NCBI GenBank assembly: GCA_002269645.1
Contig: NIVC01002372.1
Location: 62,001 to 126,000, forward strand
DNA length: 64,000 bases
Direction: 5' to 3'
DNA from: Macrostomum lignano
Lineage: Eukaryota
The position numbers and the translations under genes were made by a program. Positions within the stretch are counted from its first letter, which is position 1, and each line of letters opens with the position of its first letter. Below the pieces are notes generated by a model. That model had not been told where the DNA came from. It saw nothing but the letters and a program-made list of their open reading frames with translations, and did no database searches. Of this stretch, positions 24,160 to 48,292 are shown in pieces.

Positions 24160-25919
24160 TTGACACTGATTGCTGTTTTAAATCACTTGGCGCTGCACTG
24201 GTAGATAATGGCTGGAAATCAGCATAGCATAAAATAAAATAATTGAATAACAATTATCATTTTTATAAGTGCTATGAAAATACAGACAAATTTAGACAAA
24301 ATTAGGATGCATGCTTTAAAACTAAGATGCATGAGTCGAAAATATCAAAATAAAATATTACCCTCTTAGGTAGGGAACTCAGTGAGATTGTGGTGCAAAT
24401 TAAAAAATGCAAAATATAACCAAAACAGTGCTACTTATAAAATAGAAATAAAAATTCCTTAAAATGAGACAAAACAGACCAATTAAACAAATTTTTACAA
24501 AAGTTACATTAATGTTTTCTGAGAAACATTATATTTTTATATTAAATCATAATAAACATATTCTTCATATTAAAAAGGGTACTTCAAGGCCAAAAAAAAT
24601 TTTTTAAGTTTCAAATGCTACTAAAAAATTGTTTTCTTACTTTTTTATCTTTGTTCAAATGGGCAATATTAAATGCTGCAATTTGACCATGGATTTTCTA
24701 ATATAGAATTCATTAAAAACACAATAGAATGAGTACTATTCTTATAACATGCTACACTTCTCTGAGCCTAGAGCCTAAAGTACCTACTATATGTATAAGT
24801 GAATAATAGATTTTTGAAGTCTTATACATGCATTTTGAATGGCAAATAAACTGATTATATATCTATTTCTTGTTAATTATATATTATTACAAAGTACTTA
24901 GGGAATACCAGTTATCAAATAAGCATGTTTCAAAATTTGGCACACATGTAGATAAGTTATAACAATAATATGATAGACAAATAGTAACTATAGAGTGGAA
25001 GAGTACAAATTAACATTAAATTGATTGATGTGTAATTAATGTCAAAATGATTTTTGAAATAAGAGTAAAAAATACAAAAAATGAGGTAAAACATAAAAAT
25101 AGGGTAAGCCAAGGAATAGTTATAGAAAAAATACTTTTTTTAATATGTAGCCTAATCATTTGCAAGAATGATTAGTCTCTTATAGGCAAAATATATTATG
25201 AGCCAACAAAAAGATCAATGACAAAATTTTGCATGCTATAACTTTGAAGGCAGCGTTAAAGCTCTTATTTTTTAATTTTTTGTGCTAAGTAGTTAAGTTT
25301 CCTTGCTGATTGGTAATTGTGTTTTAATTCATACGTTATTTCATATATATTCATAATATTATATATATATAGCCTATAAGAATGCAAAGATTATAGTAGG
25401 CTAGGCATTTGTGTGCACAGGCTTGTAGAAAAGACAAGAAAGATATATTAAGTTTGGAATTAATGTATTTAGATATGTTTAGTCATTAGGTATATCAATG
25501 TACATATTGATGTTTAAGGTAGAAAGGGAAAAGGTTTAGGTTAACCTATTGGCCTTGCCCCTATCCTTTATAGGTATAATATAGGTCACCGATCACTTCG
25601 GCGACAGGTCACTTTGGCAACAGTCACTTTGGCGACAAGTCACTTCGGCAACAGTCACTTCGGTGACAAGTCACTTCGGCAACAGTCATTTTGGCGACAC
25701 ATTTGGATCACTTTGGTGATAATTAATAACAACTAAAGAATGCATTTATAATACATGTAGTTTTTGCCAATGAAATTTCACAATTAGAAAAACAACACAA
25801 ATTTTTTATTTCTGTATATTTAGGTATTTGGCTAGGTATATTTATGTATATTTAGGTATTTAGCTAGGTATATTTATGTATATTTAGGTATTTAGCTAGG
25901 TATATTTATTTATATTTAC

Positions 25920-26291
25920 TTGCCTCCCTTTCCTTCTAGCCTGTCACGCTTCATCTGGACTACAAGGTGGCCATGTGGCACGCCTTGCGCCAGGTCTTCC
26001 ATAATGGTCGAATCCAGGGATGTGTGTTCCACTATATGCAGGTGGTGTGGCATCACATACAGACTGTCGGACTACAAGTTGCATACACCACTGACAATGG
26101 CACCCAGCGCCTTTGCAGAAAGTTGATGGCACTGCCATTTGCCAAGTGCCAAGATTGCCTGGGCATTCTTCGAGCTTTGAGGAACGCTGGCAGCAAATGC
26201 TCCTCCACAGCTCATCACTCTGTTTGACTATGTCCAGGTAAATTACAAGTATTTTCATATGGTAGTTTGAAGAGTACTTGTACTTTCTTGA

Positions 26292-26355
<64 letters not shown>

Positions 26356-26800
26356 TTCCCTCTCCCTCTCTCTCCTCCTTTCTCTCCCCTCACATTTTTA
26401 TATGTATATACACTTATGGAAACATTTTCTATTTTTTTCAGAGCATGTGGATACAGAGCATGATGTATTTGCCACAAGAGATCTCAGTCTACAAAAAAGC
26501 CACTTGAACTAACAATGACATTGAGGGCTTTCACAACCACTTGAACAGTCGGGCTCAACACAGTCAGCTCCAGTTCTACCTCCTGGTCAAGCTGCTGCAC
26601 GACGAGGGCCACATGGTCTCTATCGACTTGCGGTTGGTATCACAAGGTCCTCTGAGGTGGTTGCAGCGAAAGAAGTACCGCCAGCGACAGTCCAAATACT
26701 TAAAACTTTGGTCGGAGTATCAAGCTAGAGACTGATTGATTCAGTCACTTCTGGAGGCTTGCAGCAAGCTGAATGGACCGTAAACTGTCTATGGTGCACC
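25920..26800 (+). pseudogene. Decayed Mutator-like (MULE) transposase C-terminal half with a spliceosomal intron
   Basis: GCVFHYMQVVWHHIQTVGL..Y..RKLMALPF, then LFDYVQ|SMWIQ..SVYKKAT*TNNDIEGFHNHLN..LLVKLLHDE. GT-AG intron at about 26239-26441 containing (CT)n. Frameshifts and an in-frame TGA. Tandem gtcacttcggcgaca subterminal-type repeats at 25585-25720. Confidence 0.75.
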
Positions 26801-28408
26801 TGCATATGCTTAACTTCTGTAATGCTAAGACTTCTTTGCGTGCTATATGTAGCATCTTTGCTTTTAATGCTTTTAATGCATGTTTATTTCTCTTTCTTTA
26901 TTTCTGCAATGGAGTGACACAGTGTATGTGCCTGTACTTGCCAATATGCCAAATAAATTTATAACAATCCTTACAGTGCCATATAATGCAAGTCAATTCA
27001 TTTTGTACTTTATTGTATTTATCGTAAGCGTTCATAACGAAATCACCCAACAAAAACTGGCTAGCCAGGCCAAAAGCTTACAAAATCATTGGGCTAACTG
27101 GCAGGAAAGTGTGCTCTCGAGCTCTCGCTTCTCCTAGCTAGATGGGCCCAAAGTGCACTCCCATACAATCAAATGTCGTCGGTAAAAACCGATCGGCCAA
27201 AGTTATATACATGTTCCAGAACCAGAACCAATTTGTGAAGTATAACTTTTTGTCTCCATAACTAGAGGGAGATACGTGCTATAAAGTTTTTATTATTGAA
27301 TGACAATCGCCAAGAAGAAAGTGAAAAATTGTGCTTAGTTAGGTTGTTACGGCAGTCAAATATTAACAGAGTTTAATAGTTATACTGCTGTTTTTCTTGG
27401 AATTCCGAACCGATTCTGGTTCTGGAATTGGTAATATGAAAAGACCCTGCATGAGATCTTCTTATTTTTGGTTTGGAATTGAGCATCTTTGATTGAATGT
27501 CAATTTTTCCTGGTTTAATTTGTCATTATTATGAAGGCAGCGTTGAAGCTCTTATTTTTTCGATTTTTTTGTGCTAAGTAGTTAAGTTTCCTTGCTGATT
27601 GGTAATTGTGTTATAATTCATACATTATAATTTCTCTTTTTCTAAGAAATATTGACTTAAAATATTTTAGTAGGTTCCTAGTCATTTCGTCATCTGGGGT
27701 GTCTGTGCTGCTCACCTCGACTAGGGTCACTTCGTCATCTTAATTAGCATGTATACTACCTGAAGATAGTCATTTCGTCATCCACACCAATCTCCATGCA
27801 ATCATATTAGTTCTAACTTCCAAGTGAATTAATGTGCCAATCAAACATATTTACTTGAAACCTAATGATCCCAGTCATTTTGTCATCTCGATTGATAAAA
27901 CCTGTCGATTGATCGGTTCTGCTTGCCGCAGCTTAATAGTTAATACAAACAAAAAATGGTTTACACTAACTCGAATCTTACACACATTGATTATTGGTTG
28001 ATGACGAAGTTTACTCAGCAACATTGAAAAGTCGCCACTTTTCTAGCCCAATCCCGTTTGCTCGATGTGGCTCGTGACTTACATGTAAGTCGTGCTATAG
28101 CTTCCGACTCTAGCTGGTACTGGATTCCGACAATTGCATGTCCAGCCCTGCAGCAATCCGCTGCCCTCTCGAAGCCGAGCAGGTGCAGCAGCAGGTTTAT
28201 TGTGGTGCACTTTTGCCGGTGGCGTAGCCTGCCGGAATTGGAGCTTCATATTTCCCTTCGCCCGGGGTGTGCAGACTTGCGCCGCTTGACAATAGATGTC
28301 GAAAGCGTCGGCCGGTCCATCGATTCCACTGGACTGCCGCAGGAGTCCGCTTGCTGTTAGAAACGGTGCCCGGTGGACTCACTTAGAGCCATTCTCGTCG
28401 CCTGCAGT

Positions 28409-28796
28409 CAGGCGCGTCGCCACCGGCCGGGGGACAGGGGGACATGTCCCCCAGCAGTAAAAGCTCTGGAAGGGGGACATGCAAATGCTTTGTCCCCCCC
28501 CACCCCACCTTGTGAGTCGTTGTGGTAATCAATGCAATAATTTTTCTTCAGGGCGCTAAAATGAGTGCCTGCGGCGCTAAAATGCGTGCCTGCGGCGCCA
28601 AAAGGAGTGCCTGCGGCGCCAAAAGGAGTGCCTGCGGCGCCAAAAGGAGTGCCTGCGGCGCCAAAAGGAGTGCCTGCGGCGCCAAAAGGAGTGCCTGCGG
28701 CGCCAAAATGAGTGCCAAAATTTTGTCATGTAAAAATTTACATGTTGAAATCTTGGCTTTATCCCCCCCACCATAAAATCCATGGCGACGCCCCTG
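28409..28796. mobile_element. hAT-like MITE (388 bp) with internal 21-bp tandem repeat
   Basis: TIRs caggcgcgtcgcca / reverse complement caggggcgtcgcca (13/14). Perfect 8-bp TSD cctgcagt at 28401-28408 and 28797-28804. Confidence 0.85.
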
Positions 28797-30329
28797 CCTG
28801 CAGTTGTCGAGTATTTTTTGCAGTTGCAATTGCAGTAAAAATTAACACGTTATTGATCGCTCCAGTATATTTATACGAGTATTTACGAGCTGATAGCGTT
28901 TATAAAATAAAAACTGACAAAACGATAAATAAAATATACATGTACGAATACCAGAATTTCTTAAGTGTCTATTGCACCTGAGTTGCAGACGTTTGGTTTT
29001 TAAACAACGTGGAGCCGATCCTTGCTCCCTTTCGTTTGGTTTTGACCTATTACCGATGACAGAGCTAATCGCTCTTGACTCGCATTTGAGTCCACTCCAC
29101 TTTAGGAACCGCAACGCGGCTACTACCATACCGATACTACCGGGGAAGCACGGGAAAGCTGTGAAGGCTGCGAACAGTTGTGTCTTGTGGCGCCGTGAGT
29201 GTGATGAGAGTGTGAATGGTAGAGATCTGTTATCACTGGAAGGCCGTAAGAATTGTATCGCATCCGGCCCTGGACGAGATCTATCTCGCACTGGAAACCA
29301 TCTTTAAACGAGACTTCAGGTTCCGTCATCCTACTCTCTTATTCGTCAGTCACAGCCACAAAAAAACCCCGCTGAAAAGTCCTCTGTTTGGTATAGCAGA
29401 CCCCTGATGAACGCCCAAACAGAGTCCCATCTTCTCTCCTATAGGCAACTCCCCCCTACTAGCTATAGCTCTAACACTCCTGATCATCATGGCGGGCCCC
29501 TGCTTCTAGAGTGAGAAATGGCGTTGCGTATGCTCACAAGGGGTGGTGGCAGCCTCCGTGGTCGCCTGCAGCGGCCTGGAGACCAACAAGGCATAGTATA
29601 GCAGCCAGAGGGATCTGTGTGTAATCTTTACCCCCAGGCCCGAATGCCATATGTATCTATGACCAGGGGACTGCGCCTACCTTTCTACCACGCCCCCTAT
29701 AGCCCATCTCTCTTTCTAAGAAGTCCATGAACGCTACGGGCCGAAAGGATCGAGCTGCGGATGCTATAAATGACAAAACTATAAGGACGGTTTAATTAAA
29801 AAACTAGTTGCCCTTGAGTGAAACAAATATTGAGTTTTAAATCCAGATCGGACAAGAAAATGCTGAAAAATCAAGGACTATTTAAAGTTACAAGCATACG
29901 TCGGGCCTATAAAGCCGTCTATCAGGGAAAAGAATCGTTGTCTTTGTGTTAATTTTTTATGCAATGGGATCCAATAATTAATGAGAGGCTGCGAGCGATA
30001 TAGAACCGACCAGGAACCATGGGCGAGCTTATGAATATCTCATGTAAGACAGCGATGCGCCAGCAGATGTACGTCCGGCTGACATACTCGTATACATGTA
30101 CCAACGCGTCTTCCATTGGCGGATTGTAAAAAGACCCAAGTAAACTTTTACCAACGTCGTTCATATACATGTAGATTTGGGGTTCACGTCCAATACGTTG
30201 GCGGACGTCGGAATGCTGCACAACCATGTTAAGCAGTGCAAGTCGTTCGAACCGTTGAAAAAGTTACCGTGACAAGACTCGCAAGAATCATTGCAAACAA
30301 CTTAACTATGTCGTGACTCTAGCGACGCT

Positions 30330-30660
30330 GGGACGACTCAAGGACCACTAGAAGTTACCGTTGTAGTTACAGCGGTAACTTCTAGTGGTCCTTGGGGCGA
30401 CTCTTGTACATGTAACTTGTTAACGACTCAAGCGACTGCAATGCAACGGAGAGGTGACTGTTGAGTCACGATCGAGTGCATCACGTGAGTTGCAGAATCG
30501 TAAAAGAGTCACGACAAAGTCCTCTAAGAGTCCTTGTGTTAGCGCTTAACTTTCTACTAATTCAATTAGACTATATTACTATATATCTGCGAAATGCGAT
30601 TCTAATTATTCTATAGTGACTCAGATGTGATTTAGACGCAACTCAGAGTGATTCTACAGC
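30330..30660 (+). repeat. Dispersed repeat family (further copies at 39465-39700 + and about 63090-63235 -)
   Basis: Shared gaggtgactgtt.agtcacga..cacgtgagttgcagaatcgtaaaagagt..gttagcgcttaactttctactaa block. Confidence 0.75.
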
Positions 30661-33183
30661 GACTTGCGTCGCCCCTGACGCAAGTTACTCTGGCACGCTT
30701 CTTGGCCTAGGTAATGTATTCATCCTCGGACGCACTATTGCTCTTCCATTCAGCCTCCATGCGAATGCACCGGATTTTTAAAACCGCAACGAACTTCAAA
30801 CCGAAACAAACAGTCTGTTTTTCAATTGTTTGAAGAGTTTTTCTCTTGCCAATTTTTTATTGCTCAACAACAGCTGCTTTTTGGCTCCAAATAAACTGAA
30901 CCACAGTCTTTCGACTTATAAAAGAGTCAAAACTTACGATTTATATGCGCTGTAATTTTTTACAGCGATTTAAAAACCAGCTGTAATAACGCAAATCTGT
31001 TTTATTGTCTTTCGCGACTATAGGAAGTGGACCATCTGCAACAATCAGAATTGGCTGGTGGGCTAAAAACTGAGTAAAAATATATGCTCTCTTTTTCAGT
31101 TTTGCGAATTGGAAGTCACGGAATTTCTAACTGAAAGTGAGACTCATGCAGGCCGCGCTTGTTAAAATAGACCAACAAATGACTTGCATGAGTAAGTTTT
31201 ACTAAGTCTGCTGTGAGATGCTACAAGTCTTCATAACTTTAATGGCGGAGTTCTTTACTGAAAATAGTGATGGGGACGCACTTTTTTTCCAAATCCCGCG
31301 CTAGCACATGGGCTCTAAACTTACTTGCCTACTAACAGTGGGCAGTGGGCATTTTTATCCTTTTTCTGCGAATTGTCATAGAATCTATACTAGATATAAT
31401 GTTTGGTCATACTAGTAGTCATAATAACATAGGCGCAGCTTTTTGGGTCATAAATCATCGCTTTCGAAGCTGGTCTGACAGCCACCTGCGCCTCACTCAG
31501 TGTTGAGGCGGGCGCCAGATGGTCTGAGAGGATGCGGGCGGTAGCTTTTTCTCATCATTTTGACAGGCCATCAGATTTATGAGGTCAGAGCCTATTGTTC
31601 GTGTTCACTCAAGCGTGTGACAGCTTTGACAGCTATGCGTTTTACCCCTAAAAGTGGGATTAGCAATTAGCGATTTCTTTTCATTATCTTCACTTTCTAT
31701 TTAATAAGAGCTTTCTAATGTATATTTTTTCATTAATTTTTGTCAATTCTACGTGAAAAGTCATAAATCATGTTGTTGCGATTTTGATTGATTTATGGCC
31801 GCACCTGTCATGTTTTTACGACCCCGAGGGAACTAATAGGATCTCCTGGTCACGTGATTCTGGGTAGCAGCAAGCTTAGCCAATCAGAAAATTCGACACT
31901 CATTTTAACAAATCGGATCAGCCAATCAGAATCGACGTGTTCCATTATAACAAACTGCGGTCCAGTTGGCGGCTATTTAAACCGATGTTTTTGGCCCGCT
32001 CGGACCTCACTCCGCCTGGGACCTCAGCCTAGATTGAGACATCCCGGAGCGCAACCGTCGTTTCTTGATCCCCGGATTGCGACCTCCCCCATCATCATCA
32101 AGGACGAGTCCCTCCGGTCATCAGCAGCGAACATCAAAGTTAAGAGCATCACCTGCTAGCTATCTGCGAAGATTGTGACATCAGCATCATCCCGGGTCTA
32201 CAGCTGCGAAGCACTAAGCCGATTCGGTCACTGTGGATTACCTGGTCTCCGGCTGTTGAGTTTCTGATTGGTTGGGTGAGAGGCTACCTAGACTTGCTTG
32301 ATTGGGTGATTCCTTATCTGTCCCCTGTTTCAGTAGCTGGATTAGGCGCACACTATTGCTCATTTTGTTCAGTAGTGCTGTTGCTGAGGCAGAAGTCATT
32401 CAATAATACTGCTAGTAGTCTAAAACTCCAATTCAATCTGAAGTGTGAAGTGATCTGAGGAGAAGGTTAAATCTGACAGTTATTTTTATCAGTTTTATTT
32501 CTTTGTTCGCCAATGGCTCAGATGAGTAGCTAAGCTAGTAGGCGCCGGTCACAGTGGACCAATGGCAAGGCAGTTCTCAGTCGATCAATCTATCAAATCA
32601 GTGAGCAAAATAGCCAGCAGTACAGAATCGGCGTCACAGATGTACTCTGTGCACTCTAGGTTCGCCAAGCGGCTCGGGTAATGAATCATGCGGTCTCTGA
32701 TGTTCGAGTTAGTCTATCATCAGCGCTAGGAGAGGCTAGTTGGCGCGTTGAAGGCCAAAAGTACAATTCTTCGTATTTAGCAATGTAATAAGTACATGTA
32801 GCTACCCCATAGTCTCGCCACTGCAAGAATCCCCTGCACAAGTCCCCTCTGTACCTGCATGGCCAACGCGATCTAGTCCCAGCGGTGTCCCTTATCATCG
32901 GCTATGACTTCGAGATTGACAGCAAAAAGACACTAGTTGGCAGTTAAGTGCAAAGCCCCTTCTAGTCGGAAGCCCGATTTTGAGATTCCCGGTGTGGTGA
33001 GCCAGGGCGCACGGGCTGGTCGCAGCAAGTTAGTTGATCTGCGGATTAGCTAATTTCTACCTTCAAAATTCTCCCTGCTCGTCTCTCGCTGTCCCTCTCT
33101 TAGCTATAGGACCTAGACTGCTCGCCACACGATCAAGCTACCATGGGGCTGACCATCTGACAGGAGTGGGGGGCCAGGACTCT

Positions 33184-33252
33184 AATTGATTGATTTCTGA
33201 GACCTGAGGCCGAAAGGTCGAAACCCATCAATAGGTATAAAAATTAATTAAA
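33184..33252 (+). ncRNA. Degenerate hammerhead-ribozyme-like motif (type I layout)
   Basis: CTGA-GACC..GGTC-GAAA-C CC atcaata GG-TA plus AT-rich flanks able to pair. The CUGANGA core is incomplete. Confidence 0.35.
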
Positions 33253-33384
33253 CACGTCAAATAGTCGATTATAACCTAATTATTTAAATACAATTTCATG
33301 TCTGTCACAAGCATCTCTCAGTATTTATAACAATCTTAATTTTGCAAAGTTACTTAATAAACACCAAATTAAGACACTTAGAGT

Positions 33385-33650
33385 TAAGTCGGGGGTTCTA
33401 ACAATTTGTGCCCTTGAGCAAGACACATAACTCTGCATTGCTTCAGCTCACCCAGCTGTAAAATGGGTGCCAGCATTAGCTGGGGTAATTGAGGATTTGT
33501 GTGGCGACCCCCCTCCAGTCCTTGGACTGAACAGCCGTACGCAGCCTTCAGATGCGCCGCGCAATAGCTGCGGCTGAGCTGTCGGTTGCACATCTGCCCT
33601 TTTAAAGCAGGTGTAATCAAATATTATTGGTATTATTATTTATAAAGAAT
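33385..33650 (+). mobile_element. CORE-type SINE, copy 1 (head truncated, 3' tail present)
   Basis: About 130 nt near-identical to 55310-55430; ends in an (ATT)-rich tail. Confidence 0.72.
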
Positions 33651-34599
33651 TTTATTCATAAAGAAAGTCAGGACAGCATATTAGTACCAAATATTCTTAA
33701 TCGGTAGCATGCATGTGATGTTCTTGGGAAGGGCAATAAAGTACCTAATTGCCTTCCGTCACGATCTAGATGTGCTTCAAGTGAATAGCAGCATATGAAC
33801 TGCATATCTATGGCTTAAACGTACATAATGTATTGCAGAAAAATACTTAACTCTAACTTTTGCATTGTACATTATGTGCACGCATATCCGAATTAGAACG
33901 AATTAAAAAGCAGTCTCAGCTTGAGAAAATTAACTCAACTCATAACCCACGGCGTTTAATTTTTTTTACAAAAAGAGTAGTCTAAAACGATTGAACTAAA
34001 TAAATGAGTCAGGACAGCATTAGCCACTGCACTACGGAGACAGTAATGCTCATGGTAGCCATCCTACTACCAGTCGCATTGACTCTATTCTACTTATGGC
34101 TGTGCGTCTGGTTCTGGTACAACTGCACTATTGCTAAATTTGCATTCGGCTGGTCGCAATTGCCAGATACTTGGCGTTGGCGAGCAAGCAAGCATCGACG
34201 GCTTTCAATTGCTGACTCGTATACATGTAATAATACATGCCCGACGACGCCAGTGGCGAATGCGAATGCGATTATTCAGTGAAACAAATAAATTGTTCCA
34301 TAATTCCAACAGTTTAAAGCGATTAGAGGCTATTCTGCTGTGGACATAATTTATGTGACGTGTACCATGTCTCACACGATTACAGTATGGTAAAGCATGT
34401 CAGAGTGAAATTTAGATAACTTGCGAACAAAATGAAGCTAAAATATATAACGCGTGAATTTGCAGAAACAAACGCAAAGTACATGTAGCTCGTAGAATTA
34501 GAATACTTTTTTTCATTTCTCGTTACGAGTATGATGAACTTTTGTTGATGAGTTCCCTAATGATCATGGTCGCTTTTTATCATGTAGTTTTGGGTTAGG

Positions 34600-36255
34600 A
34601 GCCTCTGCCAGAAGCGATGCCATCGAGACGGTGCTGCCGTCGCAGGAAGATTTCAGCACTCAGCCAGTAACCAGCAACGATTTACTGCAGTTCGCTCGCC
34701 AGGCCCCGGGGGGTCGCGCCCAGGACCGGACGGGGTGCCTATAGAGGCGCTGCGAGTCACAAGGGTCGCCACTGAGGTGGCCCACGTGATGAACGACGTC
34801 CACTCCGGAGGTGCCGCCCTCTGCGAGTGGACAACCGCGCACATCATCACGATCCCAAAGAATCCAGGCACGACACGGAAGGAGGAGCACAGACCGGGGA
34901 TCTCGCTCATGTCTTGCACAGCGAAGCTGTTCATCCGCGTGCTGCTAGCTCGGTACAGCCTGTGCTGGACCAGTTTCTGCGCCCTGAGCAGAACGGGTTC
35001 CGCCCAGATCGCGGTACAGTGACGCAGATCCTAGCCCTCCGCCGCATCATCGAGGAGGCGCGCATCCATCAGTCAAGTCTCGTGGTGATCTTCATTGATT
35101 TCCTCAAGGCTTTCGACTCGTTGGTTCGCGGCGCGCTGCCTCTCGTGCTTCGCGCATACAATGTACCGGAGCAACTGATTTCCGCTATCATGGCGATGTA
35201 CCAGAATATGACTGCTTCGGTGATGACGCCAGATGGACTGTCGGACCAATTCAGCACGTCGTCAGGCGTGTTGCAGGGTGACACTTTGGCGCCTTTCCTG
35301 TTTGTGCTGAGAACCGGCCTACCCAACACGGATGACGGCTTCCTGCTGAGAAGACGCACGAGTCGGCGGCACCCGGAGAAGCGGCTCTCCGTTCTCAGCT
35401 ACGCGGACGACCTCGCACTGCTGTCATCGTCGGTTGAAGGCGCTCAGCGGCTGCTGGATGGCCTGACGGCAGCAGCATCACGAGTCGGCCTCATGCTGAC
35501 GCGCGGAAGACGGTAGTCTTCACGGTGGCCCTCGGACCCGCCTGCCGAGATCAACTACCGAGACGCTGCCGGGAGGCAATCATGCTCACCCGTTGCCAGC
35601 GGTTCCTGTACCTCGGTGGCCTCGTGCCGGACGTTGCCGACGACCTGGTGAGACGACGAGGACTGGCCTGGTCCGCGTTTCGTACTGACGTGCGCTCCGT
35701 GCTCCAATCTGAGGTCCTGGGCTCCAAAGCGGGCTCAAGGCTCGACTGCTTCAGGCAGTTCGGCTGTTTCAGGCAGTTGTTGAGACTATCTTGTTGTACA
35801 ATGACGAGACCTGGACCCTGACGGACGCTTTGGAGAGGCAGCTGGACGCTGCGCATGCGGCCATGCTGCGTGCGGCGTTCGGAGTGCGCAGCGGTCCAGG
35901 CAGCGAGACAAACGCCGCTTTCTACTCGAGTGCACGCCTGATGCGGCCTTCGGACCTGCTACGCGGGCGGCGACTTCGACTGGCTGGCCACGTCATCCGG
36001 TCGGAGGCTCGCTGCCCTTGAGCCGCTGCACGAGGTGCTGCTGCTCAAGCTGCAGGGACCGCACTAGGCGAGGCCAAGGGCGAACGGCGAGATATTCTGA
36101 CAGGCTTTTGACTGATGCTGGCGCCCCGGACCAAGCTGGGGGGGGGGTGACTTTCTGAGGGCTATGGCCCAGAGACACGCTCTCTGACTTCTCCCCCCTT
36201 TCTGGCCACTGCCTGGCCATGGTGAGTGAAGTATTTTGTTGTTGTTTTTGTTGTT
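34600..36255 (+). mobile_element. RTE-clade non-LTR retrotransposon remnant (RT domain to 3' end, frameshifted)
   Basis: GPDGVP, RPGISL, EQNGFRPDRGT, IFIDFLKAFDSL, GVLQGDTLAPFLF, YADDLALL, RRLRLAGHVIR spread over several frames; (GTT)-rich tail at about 36233-36257. Confidence 0.88.
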
Positions 36256-36650
36256 TGGGTTGAGCGACAATAGCTCGTACAGTATTTTACTGTGAATATG
36301 CATGCCATAAGTCCACTCTTGATTAATATACGCAGTCTGAAACTTACATGCATTCGATTTTTTTAGAACTTTGACGGTGTCAAATGTTCAAATAACAGCC
36401 AGCAGCCCTAATTTCAACTGTATATAAAAAATCATAAAAGAAATCTTTCTTTAAAGTTTTTCGTTTTCTAAAAAGTAGCTAGCAAAAGAAAATAAGAAAA
36501 GGAAGTTTTGTTATACTTGTTATTGTTATGAACTTTTTATGTTGCTGTTTTTTGTTGCTGGCAAAAGTAAATTCAACTTTCGGATATTTAATAATTTTTA
36601 TCTGTCACGCTTTACACGAGTGAATATCGTTTCTATACATACAACTCAAG

Positions 36651-45873
<9,223 letters not shown>

Positions 45874-46551
45874 TGCCAAACAACAAGCGGATAGAGAGAG
45901 AAAAAGCTGAAGCTAACAAAGATAATTTCTGAGCAGCTGAATGGCTTGACCAGGGCATGCTGGCATTGGCGTGCACAAGAGAATACTTAAAACTCATTGA
46001 ATTTGTTAAAACTGCTTCCTTTATTAACGGTGTTATTTCGAAACTTAAACAAAAGTTTTTTTAAATTTTTTATTTTTTTTTCTTTTTCAGCAATTATAAA
46101 TTGCTTTTAATGATATTGTCAGTCTCGTAAAAGAGTTTTGTAGTTTTTTGTAGTTTTTTTCAAACTATTTTAATGACAGCTATGGGTCATTGACAATGAG
46201 CAGGATTATAACTATGGCTATGACCATTTAATGACTTTTTTGTTCATAGTGCTGACAGCTGTTTTGTGTATTTCAATGTATTCATTGTGCGTGTCCTGTC
46301 TTGTTATTTTTGGCATGAAAAATTAGTATAAACCATTTGAACAGCATTATTTATATGATTTGTTGGCTTCTTGAAAACTCCAATATACATGTAGCTCGTA
46401 GATATGTTCGAAGCATGATGTATTTTCAACTTTTTTCCGAAACCTGTGTTTCTGAAACTATGAATTATGTTGGTAAGAGCGACTTTTGAGTAGTTACTCA
46501 TTTTTTTAAATACCAAAGACTCGAAGAGATTGAGATTTAGCAGTGGGTAGC

Positions 46552-48292
<1,741 letters not shown>

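Noticed and set aside
26502-26520. In-frame TGA in the MULE ORF as selenocysteine or readthrough
   Set aside because: It falls at the position expected for a CGA Arg before TNN, in a copy that has other lesions; ordinary decay is the simpler explanation.
27715-27750. Possible third 28S fragment (cttcgtcatcttaattagc)
   Set aside because: The match is short and gapped, and belongs to a local gtcatttcgtcatc repeat cluster; chance cannot be excluded.
28840-30230. Short ORFs in the GC-richer intergenic block
   Set aside because: No recognisable motifs, splice chain or consistent strand; probably decayed TE sequence.
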